NCBI GenBank assembly: GCA_964440275.1
Contig: CAYTRR010000013.1
Coordinates: 3,054-67,053, forward strand
Source: an uncultured Spirochaetales bacterium
GTDB taxonomy: Bacteria > Desulfobacterota_D > UBA1144
Length of the DNA stretch: 64,000 bases
Direction of reading: 5' to 3'
Part shown: in pieces, positions 49,258 to 59,392 of the stretch
How the letters are laid out: every line of letters starts with the position of its first letter
Numbering within the stretch: the first letter of the stretch is position 1
Notes under the pieces: generated by a model
What the model saw: only the letters and a program-made list of their open reading frames with translations
The model's database searches: none
Told to the model about the DNA's origin: nothing
Translations under genes and position numbers: made by a program

Positions 49258-49905
49258 TCAATCTGACTTTCTAAATAATACTGTTTCTCCAGCTACAACA
49301 TTATCTCCTGTCTTTAAATTTGTTGCATAATCAATAGGAACATAAATATCAACTCTGGAACCAAATTTTATTATGCCAACCCTTTCGCCTCTTTCCAGAT
49401 TTGAACTAGTATTAATATAACTAACTATTCTTCTTGCAATAAATCCTGCATACAATATTAGAACAAAGTTTTCGTTAAGGTTCGATTTTAAATGCACACA
49501 TAGTCGCTCATTTTCTATAGCTTTTATGGAATTTGCAAAATGAAATTCTCCTGGAAAATAACGTGTCTCAATCACTGAAGATTTAATTGGAGATCTAGCA
49601 ATATGTGCATCGAATATAGACAAAAAAATGCAGATTCTTGTCATTTCATTTTCAGTAAATTCAGAATCCTTGGATTTTTCTATAGATATTATCTTTCCAT
49701 CAGCTGGGGAAAGAATTCCTTCCTCGTTAGGTATAATTCTATCCGGATCTCTAAAGAAATAGAGAATAATTAGGAATAAAATAAAAAGAATTATAGAAAC
49801 AATAGATAGACCAAAAAAAGCGGTCCCAAGCCAACAGACAAAGAAAGACGTTAGTATTGGCAAGTATCCTTCTTTCGCAACTGACCAACGGTAATCTATC
49901 TTCAT
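49258..49905 (-). CDS. psd: Phosphatidylserine decarboxylase proenzyme (short type)
   Basis: N-terminal TM region and autocleavage-type G-S site in IIKFGSRVD; 215 aa, directly downstream of pssA. Confidence 0.85.
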   Translation of the reverse strand: MKIDYRWSVAKEGYLPILTSFFVCWLGTAFFGLSIVSIILFILFLIILYFFRDPDRIIPNEEGILSPADGKIISIEKSKDSEFTENEMTRICIFLSIFDAHIARSPIKSSVIETRYFPGEFHFANSIKAIENERLCVHLKSNLNENFVLILYAGFIARRIVSYINTSSNLERGERVGIIKFGSRVDIYVPIDYATNLKTGDNVVAGETVLFRKSD

Positions 49906-50921
49906 TAGTTTTTAGCTTTGTCGACCAATTTTCTACGGAAAAGTGGAGTCATCATTGATCGCAAAGTTTCTCCAATATCTTCTATTGGATGTGTTTCGCC
50001 CGCTTTTAATAATTTAGTATAGTTTGGTCTTCCAGCTTCATTTTCTGCAACCCATTCTTTAGCAAATTCTCCACTCTGTATGTCTTTTAGAATTTTTTTC
50101 ATTCTTTCTTTAACTTCACTGTCAATAACGATAGGCCCCCTTGTTATATCTCCATATTTTGCAGTATCACTAATGGAGTATCTCATATTAGAAATTCCAC
50201 CTTCATATATTAAGTCAACAATTAGTTTGACTTCATGACAACACTCAAAATATGCCATTTCTGGTGGATAGCCAGCTTCAGTTAAAGTTTCAAATCCAGC
50301 AAGAATTAAGCTTGAAACCCCTCCGCATAGCACTGTCTGCTCTCCAAATAAATCTGTTTCAGTTTCATCTTTAAAAGTTGTTTCTATGACACCAACTTTA
50401 GCTGAACCTATTCCTGCAGCATAAGCCAGAGATATATCCTTAGTGTTACCTGAAGGATCTTGATGAATTGCTATCAATGCTGGCACTCCAGCACCATCTT
50501 CAAATTGCCCTCTAACTGTATGACCAGGTGCTTTTGGTGCAACCATAAATACATTAATATCCTCATTAGGAACAATCTGTTCGTAGTGAATGTTAAAACC
50601 ATGGCCAAAAGCTAGATATTTTCCTGGTGTTAAATGCTCTTTAATATTTTCTTCATAGATACCTTTTTGGCTAGTATCAGGTGCAAGAATCATAATTATG
50701 TCAGATTTCTTTACTAAATCAGCAACTTCTAATACCTCTAAGCCTGCGGAGACGGCCTTATCCCAGCTTTCTCCACCTTTTCTTAGACCTACAGAAACAT
50801 TTAAACCTGAATCTTTTAAGTTTCGAGCGTGAGCATGCCCTTGGCTTCCAAAACCAATAATTCCAATATGTTTATCTTCTAATAAACCTATTTTGCAATC
50901 TTTATCATAATATACTTTCAT
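49905..50921 (-). CDS. ilvC: Ketol-acid reductoisomerase (class I)
   Basis: [36 protein letters not shown]; 338 aa. Confidence 0.97.
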   Translation of the reverse strand: MKVYYDKDCKIGLLEDKHIGIIGFGSQGHAHARNLKDSGLNVSVGLRKGGESWDKAVSAGLEVLEVADLVKKSDIIMILAPDTSQKGIYEENIKEHLTPGKYLAFGHGFNIHYEQIVPNEDINVFMVAPKAPGHTVRGQFEDGAGVPALIAIHQDPSGNTKDISLAYAAGIGSAKVGVIETTFKDETETDLFGEQTVLCGGVSSLILAGFETLTEAGYPPEMAYFECCHEVKLIVDLIYEGGISNMRYSISDTAKYGDITRGPIVIDSEVKERMKKILKDIQSGEFAKEWVAENEAGRPNYTKLLKAGETHPIEDIGETLRSMMTPLFRRKLVDKAKN

Positions 50922-50933
50922 TTTAGTTCTCCA

Positions 50934-51416
50934 TTATTTTTTTTCTTTAGGAAGCGAGATTAGTCCTGTCCTTGTAACCTCTTTTAAACCTAAAGGTTTA
51001 AGTGTTTCTAAAAATGCTTCCAATTTTTCCCTGCTTCCAGCAAGTTCCAACGTATATGATTTTTGACCCGCATCCAGAACATTAGACTGAAAAATATCAG
51101 CAATTCTAAGAATCTCGGGACGGCTATCTTTAGTTGGTAGTACTCTAGCGATAACAAGCTCTCTCTGGATACTGTCCAAATCAGTAAAGTCATTTACTTT
51201 TATAACATTAATCATATTTTCGAATCTTTTAACTATCTGGTCTATCACCCATTCTTCTCCAGAAGTAACTAAAGTTATCTTTGACAAAGAAGAATTCTCA
51301 GTTGGCGCAACACATAGGCTTTCAATATTAAACCCTCTTGCAGTAAATAGACCTGAAATCCTAGCTAAAACACCAGGTTCATTGTCTACCAGAATTGTCA
51401 AAATGTGACGCATCAA
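50934..51416 (-). CDS. ilvH: Acetolactate synthase small (regulatory) subunit
   Basis: ACT domain HILTILVDNEPGVLARISGLFTARGFNIESL; 160 aa, between the ilvB-like gene and ilvC. Confidence 0.93.
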   Translation of the reverse strand: MMRHILTILVDNEPGVLARISGLFTARGFNIESLCVAPTENSSLSKITLVTSGEEWVIDQIVKRFENMINVIKVNDFTDLDSIQRELVIARVLPTKDSRPEILRIADIFQSNVLDAGQKSYTLELAGSREKLEAFLETLKPLGLKEVTRTGLISLPKEKK

Positions 51417-51472
51417 AACTCTCCTTTTTTGAAATAACTATAATAAACTAATTTAAAACTATTATATAGTAA

Positions 51473-53026
51473 TCAGATTAGAATTTCGATTAGTCTCACA
51501 CCTTTATGAGATAAATGTTTTTTTAGCTTCTTTTTAAAACTCTTATCTATGTTTAGTCTTATAGATTTAACGCCGAAAGACTCTCCCATCATCTTATAGT
51601 CAGGATTCTTCTGTTCTGTTCCATTTATTGAACTTTTTTCATTCAAAACAATAATTGTTAAATCTATTTTTTGTTCTTTTGCGACGATCATTTCTTGCAT
51701 ATTGAACTGGAAATTCGCACCTGAGGATATACTAACAACTTTGCTATTAGGTCGAGAAAATTTTGCTCCTATTGCTGCTGGGAATCCATACCCTGGAGTA
51801 CCTATTCCTCCTGACATAATACTGTTTCTATAATCTGTAAATTCATAAAATTGCTGTAAATTTACATCTTCATAACTGAAGTCTGAACATATTATAACTT
51901 TATCCCCTAAAAGTTCTGACAAGATTGAAAATATAAAAGCTTTATTGTTTTTAAGAATTATTTCGGATTTTCTATTAATATTTTTTTCTAGTAAGGAATC
52001 TAAATATCTGTTATTCCAATCAAACTCAAAATTGTTTTTTAGTTTAGCAAAAGACTCAAGAAAAAAAGACGAATTAGTTAATATATTTAAATTATTTTCT
52101 TTCTGTTTATCAAACTGGGTTTTATCTATATTAACAATTACAGTTTTCTTGGGTCTTGATAAATACTCTGGGATAATTTTATTCAAATCACAACCGACTG
52201 ATATTATTAAATCTGATTCTCTGATTAGCTCTCTTGCAGCGTAGGATCCTTCTTCGCCAATCATACCAAAATTATTTTTACTTCTACCTAGAAGACCAAG
52301 CGATAGAATTGAGGTAAGCGAAGGTATATTAAATTTTTGTGAAATAGTTTTGATATTTTTTGCATTTGCTTGACTACAACTTCCTCTTCCATAAATTAAT
52401 AACGGTCTAAGTGAACTTTTTAGTAATATCTTAAATTTATTAAAGTCTACTTTGTTAATAACTGGATTGTCAGAATAATTTTTAACCTTTACTTTTTTTG
52501 GCATTTCGAATTTGCTCTCTCCGATTAGAACATCTTTAGGCATATCAACCAGCACTGGGCCTTTTCTTCCTGTAGAAGAAATATGTAATGCCTCAGCAAT
52601 AGCAGTTGGCAAATCAATAGTTTTTCTTACTAGAGTATTATGCTTAGTGCAGGAGCGTGTTATTCCAATATGATCAGCTTCTTGAAATGCATCGCTACCT
52701 AAAAACGGAACTGGAACTTGTCCCGTAAAAATTAATACAGGGACGGAATCTATATGGGCTGTGGCAATACCTGTAACTGTATTGGTTGCTGCAGGACCAG
52801 AAGTACAAAGAATAACGCCAGGTAAATTGCTCGCACGTGCAAAACCATCTGCCATATGAGTGGCAGCTTGCTCATGTCTAGTTAAAATATGTTTAATCTT
52901 CTTTGAGTAAGACGGCATCACATCATAAATTTTTAATACATATCCGCCTGGTAGACCAAATATGATTCTTATTCCAAGTTTATATAAAGACTCAAAGAAA
53001 AGCTCTGCACCTAAATATTTTTTCAT
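51473..53026 (-). CDS. ilvB: Acetolactate synthase large-subunit homologue with divergent ThDP-binding (PP) domain
   Basis: Canonical Pyr domain (GLPGG, RHEQAATHMADGFAR, CTSGPAATN, GSDAFQEAD). The PP domain retains GGIGTPGYGFPAAIGAK, but the GDG...NN motif reads SSGANFQFN...VLNE. At 517 aa it is shorter than typical enzymes of about 570 aa. Confidence 0.75.
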   Translation of the reverse strand: MKKYLGAELFFESLYKLGIRIIFGLPGGYVLKIYDVMPSYSKKIKHILTRHEQAATHMADGFARASNLPGVILCTSGPAATNTVTGIATAHIDSVPVLIFTGQVPVPFLGSDAFQEADHIGITRSCTKHNTLVRKTIDLPTAIAEALHISSTGRKGPVLVDMPKDVLIGESKFEMPKKVKVKNYSDNPVINKVDFNKFKILLKSSLRPLLIYGRGSCSQANAKNIKTISQKFNIPSLTSILSLGLLGRSKNNFGMIGEEGSYAARELIRESDLIISVGCDLNKIIPEYLSRPKKTVIVNIDKTQFDKQKENNLNILTNSSFFLESFAKLKNNFEFDWNNRYLDSLLEKNINRKSEIILKNNKAFIFSILSELLGDKVIICSDFSYEDVNLQQFYEFTDYRNSIMSGGIGTPGYGFPAAIGAKFSRPNSKVVSISSGANFQFNMQEMIVAKEQKIDLTIIVLNEKSSINGTEQKNPDYKMMGESFGVKSIRLNIDKSFKKKLKKHLSHKGVRLIEILI

Positions 53027-53041
53027 TTCGATTATTATATA

Positions 53042-53713
53042 TTAATTTCCTTCTTTAACTATAAAAGAATAGCTATTAAAGGGCGCTAAAGGAGAATCCT
53101 TGAAAATTAATTTTTTATGATAATTTAAATCTATATTATAAAGAAAACTTGAACTTGTGTTAAAATTTTCATTTTTAAATAAATCATCAGAAAGATTATC
53201 CTTTAGAATCTCTCTGCAGATTTGAGATCCGGTACCGACTATAGAAGAATCTTTGAAATTAATAGCTTTAAAGCTATCTGAAGTAATTTTGAAATTATGA
53301 TCTAAAAGAGATACTTCAGAATTTTTTTTAACAAATCTAGCATAAGCAAGATTATTGTTCTTTAGATCGAATACTACAATTAAACTTTTATTGTTGTAAG
53401 AACAATTTAAAGCATATGGCAGAAAAGAAGAAATACCATATACCGGTATATTCGAGAAACTACCAAAAACATTTGCGGTAGATATTCCAACCCTCAAAGA
53501 TGAAAGGTTACCAGGTCCTATATTTACTCGAACTTCAGTAATTTGTTTCACTTCCAAAGATAAAATGTTAAATAATTTTTTAATCATTGGAGATAAAAGC
53601 TCACAATGATTTGGTCTCTCGTTGTCTTCTTCCAATAGATGTAATATTTCTTTTTCTGAAGAAACAGATACGCTCGTTATGTTTTGTGAAGTATCGATAT
53701 TTAAAGATAACAT
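53042..53713 (-). CDS. tsaB: tRNA threonylcarbamoyladenosine biosynthesis protein TsaB (YeaZ-like)
   Basis: LSLNIDTS start and VNIGPGNLSSLRVGISTANVFG (compare GPGSFTGLRIG); 223 aa. Confidence 0.75.
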   Translation of the reverse strand: MLSLNIDTSQNITSVSVSSEKEILHLLEEDNERPNHCELLSPMIKKLFNILSLEVKQITEVRVNIGPGNLSSLRVGISTANVFGSFSNIPVYGISSFLPYALNCSYNNKSLIVVFDLKNNNLAYARFVKKNSEVSLLDHNFKITSDSFKAINFKDSSIVGTGSQICREILKDNLSDDLFKNENFNTSSSFLYNIDLNYHKKLIFKDSPLAPFNSYSFIVKEGN

Positions 53714-53723
53714 TTAATAATTA

Positions 53724-54785
53724 TCAGCTTTTAAGTATTTTGTCTTTTATTTCTTTTTCCAATTTATTTGCTAGCTTTGAGTTTTCTTCCAAGAATTTTT
53801 GTGCATTGTCTCTACCTTGACCAATTCTTTCATCTGAATAAGAAAACCATGCACCAGCTTTTTCTACTAAATCAAATTGGACTCCTAAATCAACTAGTTC
53901 GCCCAATCTAGAAATTCCTTTACCAAATATTATATCCATTTCAGCTTCTCTAAAGGGAGGAGCTACTTTGTTTTTAACAACTTTAACTCTAACTCTGTTT
54001 CCAATAACACTTTCAGTTGTTTTAATTGATGCGATTCTTCTAACATCAAGCCTAACTGAAGAATAAAACTTTAATGCATTCCCACCTGTTGTTGTTTCCG
54101 GGCTCATATATGCGGGTACACCAATCTTCATTCTAAGTTGATTTATGAAAATTACAGTAGATTTTGATTTTGAAACTGTTGCTGTTATTTTTCTCAAAGC
54201 TTGCGACATAAGTCTAGCTTGTCTACCCACATGCGTGTCTCCCATTTCCCCATCTAACTCAGCTTTCGGAGTTAGGGCAGCGACTGAATCGATAACTACC
54301 ATATCAACAGACGCGCTTCTCACTAGCTGATCAACAATTTCTAATGCTTGTTCACCATAATCTGGTTGAGAAATAAGAAGTTCTTCGGTTTTTATTCCCA
54401 ATCCTCTTGCATAAGTAGGGTCAAATGCGTGTTCTGCATCTACAAAAGCGGTTATACCTCCATTCTTTTGAGTTTCAGCAATTGCATGAAGTGCTAAAGT
54501 AGTTTTGCCAGAAGCCTCTGGTCCATAAACTTCAATAATTCTTCCGCGTGGGAAACCACCTACACCAAGAGCTGAATCTAAACCAATAGATCCTGTAGGT
54601 ATAGAGCTAACATTCTTAACTGTAGATCCTTCTTCAAGTCTCATTATCGAGCCTTTTCCAAATTGCTTTTCTATAGCTGAAATTGTTGCTTCTATAGTTT
54701 TTTTCTTATCTTTTGCTGAATCTTCTTCCTCGATATTTGTTTTTGCTTGTCCCAAAATGAGCTCCTTTTTGATACTATACAGCAT
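53724..54785 (-). CDS. recA: Recombinase A
   Basis: Walker [29 protein letters not shown] and [10 protein letters not shown]. Confidence 0.98.
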   Translation of the reverse strand: MLYSIKKELILGQAKTNIEEEDSAKDKKKTIEATISAIEKQFGKGSIMRLEEGSTVKNVSSIPTGSIGLDSALGVGGFPRGRIIEVYGPEASGKTTLALHAIAETQKNGGITAFVDAEHAFDPTYARGLGIKTEELLISQPDYGEQALEIVDQLVRSASVDMVVIDSVAALTPKAELDGEMGDTHVGRQARLMSQALRKITATVSKSKSTVIFINQLRMKIGVPAYMSPETTTGGNALKFYSSVRLDVRRIASIKTTESVIGNRVRVKVVKNKVAPPFREAEMDIIFGKGISRLGELVDLGVQFDLVEKAGAWFSYSDERIGQGRDNAQKFLEENSKLANKLEKEIKDKILKS

Positions 54786-54814
54786 TTAGCAAATTGTTTC
54801 TATCATTTAAATAA

Positions 54815-56062
54815 TTAATTAATCAATTCTTTTCTAATTGTATCTAATGCTATCAAGCATGTTCTTAGCTTGATTGATTTTCTATTTCCTGACAAAGAAT
54901 ATTTAACAACATTGGTGCCATTTATGGAACTTAATCCAATAAAAACTGTACCTACTGGCTTCTCTTTTGTACCACCACCCGGTCCCGCTATTCCAGATAT
55001 AGCAATAGAAATATCTGCTTTTGATTTACTTTTAATATTGTTTGCCATCTCAAGTACTACGTTTTTGCTTACAGCTCCATAATCAATAAGGGTCTTATTC
55101 TTAATATTGAGATTTTCTTCTTTTGACTTATTGCTATAAGCAACAAGACCAAATTCAAAGCACTTGGAAGAACCAGGAACATCTGTAATCATACTAGAAA
55201 GTAAGCCACCTGAACAAGATTCAGCAACAGCAATTTTAATTTTTTTCTTTAAAACTAGATGTACTACATTTTCCGCTAGAGTAATATCTTTGTCAGTAAA
55301 AATTAAATCTCCTAATGATTTCCTTACTTTTTTTTCAGTAGCAAGATTGTACTTTTTTGCTTCTGCAAGTTTATTTGATTTAGAAATTAGTCTTAAATGA
55401 ATTTCAAAATTATATGGTCTAAAGCCAATATAAGTTTTCTTAGTTGATATCTTGTCTATTTTTTTTGCAACTTCTGACTCAGTTAATCCAAAAATTTTTA
55501 AAGTCTTTGAGTAAGAATAAAGTTTATGTTTTTTTTGAGTTTTTGATAAATCTTTAAGAAAAGTGTTGGTTATCATAGATTTGAACTCTTGTGGAACACC
55601 CGGAAGAAAATAAAATTTTGTTGAATCATTGCTTATCGAGAAGCCAGAAGCAGTACCAAGATGATTATGAATTATCGAACTACCTTGCGGGAAAAAAGCC
55701 TGCTTTTTATTTATGGAACTATATTTCCTTTTTCTTTTAGTAAAAATTTTTTTTATTTTATCTTCTTCTTTTTTATTAAAAATCAATTCTTTTTGAAAAT
55801 ATTCGGATGCAACAGCTCTAGTCAAGTCATCATTAGTTGGACCTAATCCTCCTGTTACAACCACAAACTTTGATCTTGAATTAGCAATTTTAAGTGCTGA
55901 TAGAATATCTTCTTTCTGGTCTCCAACACATTGATGGTAATTTACTTTTAATCCTAATGAAAAAACTTTTTCTGCAAGTGAAAAGAAATTAGTATCTAGC
56001 GTGGTTCCACTTAATAACTCTTCTCCAGTCGTTATTATTTCTATATTATAATCTTTCTTCAT
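54815..56062 (-). CDS. cinA: CinA-family protein (MoCF-binding domain plus nicotinamide-nucleotide amidohydrolase PncC domain)
   Basis: IITTGEELLSG, VVTGGLGPTNDDLT, and C-terminal AVAESCSGGL...SGIAGPGGG. It lies upstream of recA. Confidence 0.88.
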   Translation of the reverse strand: MKKDYNIEIITTGEELLSGTTLDTNFFSLAEKVFSLGLKVNYHQCVGDQKEDILSALKIANSRSKFVVVTGGLGPTNDDLTRAVASEYFQKELIFNKKEEDKIKKIFTKRKRKYSSINKKQAFFPQGSSIIHNHLGTASGFSISNDSTKFYFLPGVPQEFKSMITNTFLKDLSKTQKKHKLYSYSKTLKIFGLTESEVAKKIDKISTKKTYIGFRPYNFEIHLRLISKSNKLAEAKKYNLATEKKVRKSLGDLIFTDKDITLAENVVHLVLKKKIKIAVAESCSGGLLSSMITDVPGSSKCFEFGLVAYSNKSKEENLNIKNKTLIDYGAVSKNVVLEMANNIKSKSKADISIAISGIAGPGGGTKEKPVGTVFIGLSSINGTNVVKYSLSGNRKSIKLRTCLIALDTIRKELIN

Positions 56063-56146
56063 ATATCAATGTAATAATACCTTGAATATGCCTTTGTAAT
56101 GCGTAAACTCTGTTAAATAATATATATAAATTAATTTGGAGAAAAA

Positions 56147-56950
56147 ATGAAAATAGAAAACTGGCTTGAAGGACATTGGGCTTTGATTTTAGGATCTTCT
56201 AGTGGATTTGGAGCAGAAGTATCAATCAAACTTTCAGAATACGGAGTTAACATTATTGGTATTCATCTTGATAGAAAAGGTACGATGAAGAATGTTGAAG
56301 ACATCCTGTCAAAGATTAAACAAAATGGTGTTAAAACAGAATTTTTTAATATTAATGCAGCAGATGAAAGTAAAAGAAAAGAAACTTTAGATTATGCTTT
56401 AGAACTAATTGGAAATTCAGATAAAAAAATAAAAATTCTTTTACATTCCTTGGCTTTTGGTTCACTTAAACCTTACGTATCTAATGATTCTGATAAAAAT
56501 GTAACTCAGAAAAACATGGACATGACCTTAGATGTAATGGCTAATTCTCTTGTATATTGGACGCAAGACGTATATTCAAGAAATCTTTTTAGTGAAAAGG
56601 CTAGAATCTATGCAATGACAAGTGCTGGGAGTAGGAAGATATGGCCAACTTATGGTCCAGTCTCTGCAGCAAAATGTGCACTCGAATCTCATATAAGACA
56701 ATTGGCAGTAGAGTTTGCTCCAAGTGGTATCACAGCTAATTCACTTTGTGCTGGCGTTACTTTAACTCCTGCTTTAGAAAAAATCCCTGGGAACGAAGGC
56801 ATTATAGAAGGTGCTATGAAAAACAATCCAAGTAACCGGTTAACCTTAACAGAAGATATATCTGGAAGTATAATTGCCTTGTCTCATCCTGGGGCAGATT
56901 GGATAACAGGCAATATTATCAGGGTTGATGGTGGAGAAGAGTTGTCTTAA
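56147..56950 (+). CDS. SDR-family enoyl-[acyl-carrier-protein] reductase, FabL-like
   Basis: GSSSGFG cofactor loop and Y-x6-K catalytic spacing (YGPVSAAK, compare B. subtilis FabL YTTVGVSK). The C-terminal half aligns with FabL (TPALEKIPGNE...ITGNIIRVDGG). Confidence 0.55.
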   Translation: MKIENWLEGHWALILGSSSGFGAEVSIKLSEYGVNIIGIHLDRKGTMKNVEDILSKIKQNGVKTEFFNINAADESKRKETLDYALELIGNSDKKIKILLHSLAFGSLKPYVSNDSDKNVTQKNMDMTLDVMANSLVYWTQDVYSRNLFSEKARIYAMTSAGSRKIWPTYGPVSAAKCALESHIRQLAVEFAPSGITANSLCAGVTLTPALEKIPGNEGIIEGAMKNNPSNRLTLTEDISGSIIALSHPGADWITGNIIRVDGGEELS

Positions 56951-58317
56951 TGAATTATGAGTTACTAATCTATAATTCCTTAAATAATAAAAAAGAAACT
57001 TTTAAAGAGATTGTTAGTGGGAAGATTGGTATATACGTCTGTGGTCCTACAGTATACAGTAGCTCACACATGGGTCATGCAAGGTCCGCGATAGTTTTTG
57101 ATGCAATAGTTCGCTTCTTAAAATTCATTGAATATGACGTTACCTATGTTAGAAATTTTACTGACGTAGATGACAAAATAATTATGAAAGCAAATGCTGA
57201 AGGGTCTACAGTTGAAGCCATAGCAAACAAATATAAAATTGAATACTTAGATGACATGAAAGATTTAGGATGTATTAATCCTGACTTTCAACCGTGCGTA
57301 TCGGAGAACATACAAGAAATTATAGAATTTATAGAAAAGATTGTTGAATCGGATTATGCGTATGTTGCAAATGGTGAAGTTTATTATGATATTAATAAGT
57401 TCTCAGATTATGGAAAACTTTCTAATCAGAGTACAGATTTAATGCTTGCTAATAGCAGGTTAGAACTTAATCCAAACAAAAGAAATGATTTAGATTTTGC
57501 GCTATGGAAATTATCAAAAAAAGACGAGCCATCATGGGAAAGTCCATGGGGGTTAGGCAGACCAGGCTGGCATATAGAATGCTCCACTATGAGCACAAAA
57601 TACTTGGGAGATACGTTTGATATTCATGGAGGTGGCAGAGATTTAATTTTTCCACATCATGAAAATGAAATTGCTCAATCTGAATGTGTGTCGAAAAAGA
57701 ATTTTGCTAATTATTGGATTCATAATGGATTAATAAATATAAACAACGAAAAAATGTCAAAGTCTATTGGAAATATAATAAATATTAGAGATGCGTTAAA
57801 AGTTTGGAATAAGAACATAATAAGAGTGTTCTTTCTAACGCACCATTACAGAACTCCTGTAGACTTATCTAACGAAAAATTAAGAGAAATCGAAAAAACT
57901 TTGCTTAAAGTTAACCGGAAACTCAATACTGGCAAAGAGACTTCTAACAACAAAGCTGCAGCCGATTTCAAAAAATTATGGATTAGTGCAATGCTAGATG
58001 ACTTTAATACTGCAAAAGCTTTTGGTTATTACTTTAAATATATTAACGAAAGTCTGCTTACATTATCAAATTTAAGTTTTATAGAGGAATTTGAAAACAA
58101 TATGGGAATTGTTGGTTGGAGAGATGAAATTACAAAAGAAGACCCATTATCTACAGAACTTGACGAGGATAAGATTGAGTCTCTAATATCTGACAGAAAC
58201 AAAGCAAGAGAACAAAAGGATTGGGGGAAGGCTGACGAACTAAGGATAAAAGCAGAGCAGCTTGGAATAAAATTGATTGATACGAAAAATGGAACTGACT
58301 GGGAAAAAATTAATTAG
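56950..58317 (+). CDS. cysS: Cysteine--tRNA ligase
   Basis: CGPTVYSSSHMGHARS (HIGH-type), WHIECS zinc site and KMSKS; 455 aa. Confidence 0.96.
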   Translation: MNYELLIYNSLNNKKETFKEIVSGKIGIYVCGPTVYSSSHMGHARSAIVFDAIVRFLKFIEYDVTYVRNFTDVDDKIIMKANAEGSTVEAIANKYKIEYLDDMKDLGCINPDFQPCVSENIQEIIEFIEKIVESDYAYVANGEVYYDINKFSDYGKLSNQSTDLMLANSRLELNPNKRNDLDFALWKLSKKDEPSWESPWGLGRPGWHIECSTMSTKYLGDTFDIHGGGRDLIFPHHENEIAQSECVSKKNFANYWIHNGLININNEKMSKSIGNIINIRDALKVWNKNIIRVFFLTHHYRTPVDLSNEKLREIEKTLLKVNRKLNTGKETSNNKAAADFKKLWISAMLDDFNTAKAFGYYFKYINESLLTLSNLSFIEEFENNMGIVGWRDEITKEDPLSTELDEDKIESLISDRNKAREQKDWGKADELRIKAEQLGIKLIDTKNGTDWEKIN

Positions 58318-59291
58318 ATACTAATAAGCTCTTTAGCTTTGCTTAGCACAGGGGCCTGCGTTTCTCCCCTACATCCAAACCAACAAGTAGTACATTTTGT
58401 TTCGGTAAAATAGTCTGGAGTGTAGTCTGTATAATGACAAACTGCTGGCATCTCAGAACATCGTTTTATATGTCCGTCAGGTGTTACAGTTATGAATGAA
58501 CGTCCTGCGTTGCAACTAGGTCCGTATCCTTTTTTAAAATAGAGTGGCACTTGTTCTAAATAATAATCGCTCGAAACTATAGTATCTCCCCACTCTTTCT
58601 TAAGTCTTATAAGTTCATTGGTAACATTTTCTACTTCTTCTATCTTTTCTTTGACAAAATGTTCTTCATTATTCGCCTTCATTACAGAATAAGAACTAAA
58701 AGAGATATTAGCACCCCACTCTCTAGCTTGCTTAGCCATATCTATCATTTGATCCAAATTTTCATCCATTATAATAGTGTTAATAGATATTGTTTTTTTT
58801 AATTTAGTTGAAATCTCTGGTATTAAAGTTGAAACATGGTCCCATAAACCATTGACACCTCTGTTCTTAGAATGTCTATCTCCTAAAAAGTCTAATGAAA
58901 TTGCTATTTGGTCTATCCCGGCTTCATAAAGCTCTCTAGCATTTTTAATATTTAATAAATCTCCTTTTGTAATTATTCCAGTATAAGTGAAGAAAGATGC
59001 TGACTTAATTTGCTTGATGATATCTACTATATCTTTTCGAAGCATTGGCTCTCCGCCAGTAACCATAACAACAAGCGGGTTAATTTTTTTTATTAGTTCT
59101 GTATAGTCATCAAGTCGTTCTTCGTTATTAGTTTGCCAATAATCACAAAAGTCACATCTGGCATTACACAATTTGGTCACTTCAAGATTCACCAATTTTG
59201 GAGATTTTGTTACACTGGTTTGAACCCATTTCGATAGCCCCAAAAGACTAAAGTTGAAAGACTCTAAAAAAGATTTATTTCTATCTAACAT
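58314..59291 (-). CDS. Radical SAM protein with C-terminal SPASM/twitch-like cysteine cluster, function unknown
   Basis: CNARCDFCDYW (CX3CX2C), GGEPML, and C-terminal CNAGRSFITVTPDGHIKRC...CTTCWFGC. Confidence 0.75.
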   Translation of the reverse strand: MLDRNKSFLESFNFSLLGLSKWVQTSVTKSPKLVNLEVTKLCNARCDFCDYWQTNNEERLDDYTELIKKINPLVVMVTGGEPMLRKDIVDIIKQIKSASFFTYTGIITKGDLLNIKNARELYEAGIDQIAISLDFLGDRHSKNRGVNGLWDHVSTLIPEISTKLKKTISINTIIMDENLDQMIDMAKQAREWGANISFSSYSVMKANNEEHFVKEKIEEVENVTNELIRLKKEWGDTIVSSDYYLEQVPLYFKKGYGPSCNAGRSFITVTPDGHIKRCSEMPAVCHYTDYTPDYFTETKCTTCWFGCRGETQAPVLSKAKELISI

Positions 59292-59392
59292 AGTAATTAA
59301 AGGAAATTATTACTAACAATTAGATTTAATTCAATTAAGAGAAATTCTTAAATTACTATTGGAATTGTAATTTATGGTTTATGATTTAGCAT

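Noticed and set aside
54786-56146. SOS (LexA) operator upstream of cinA-recA.
   Set aside because: I looked for CTGT-N8-ACAG, GAAC-N4-GTTC and GTTC-N7-GTTC patterns in the 84-nt cinA upstream spacer and the 29-nt cinA-recA spacer, and found none. Absence by eye is not proof.
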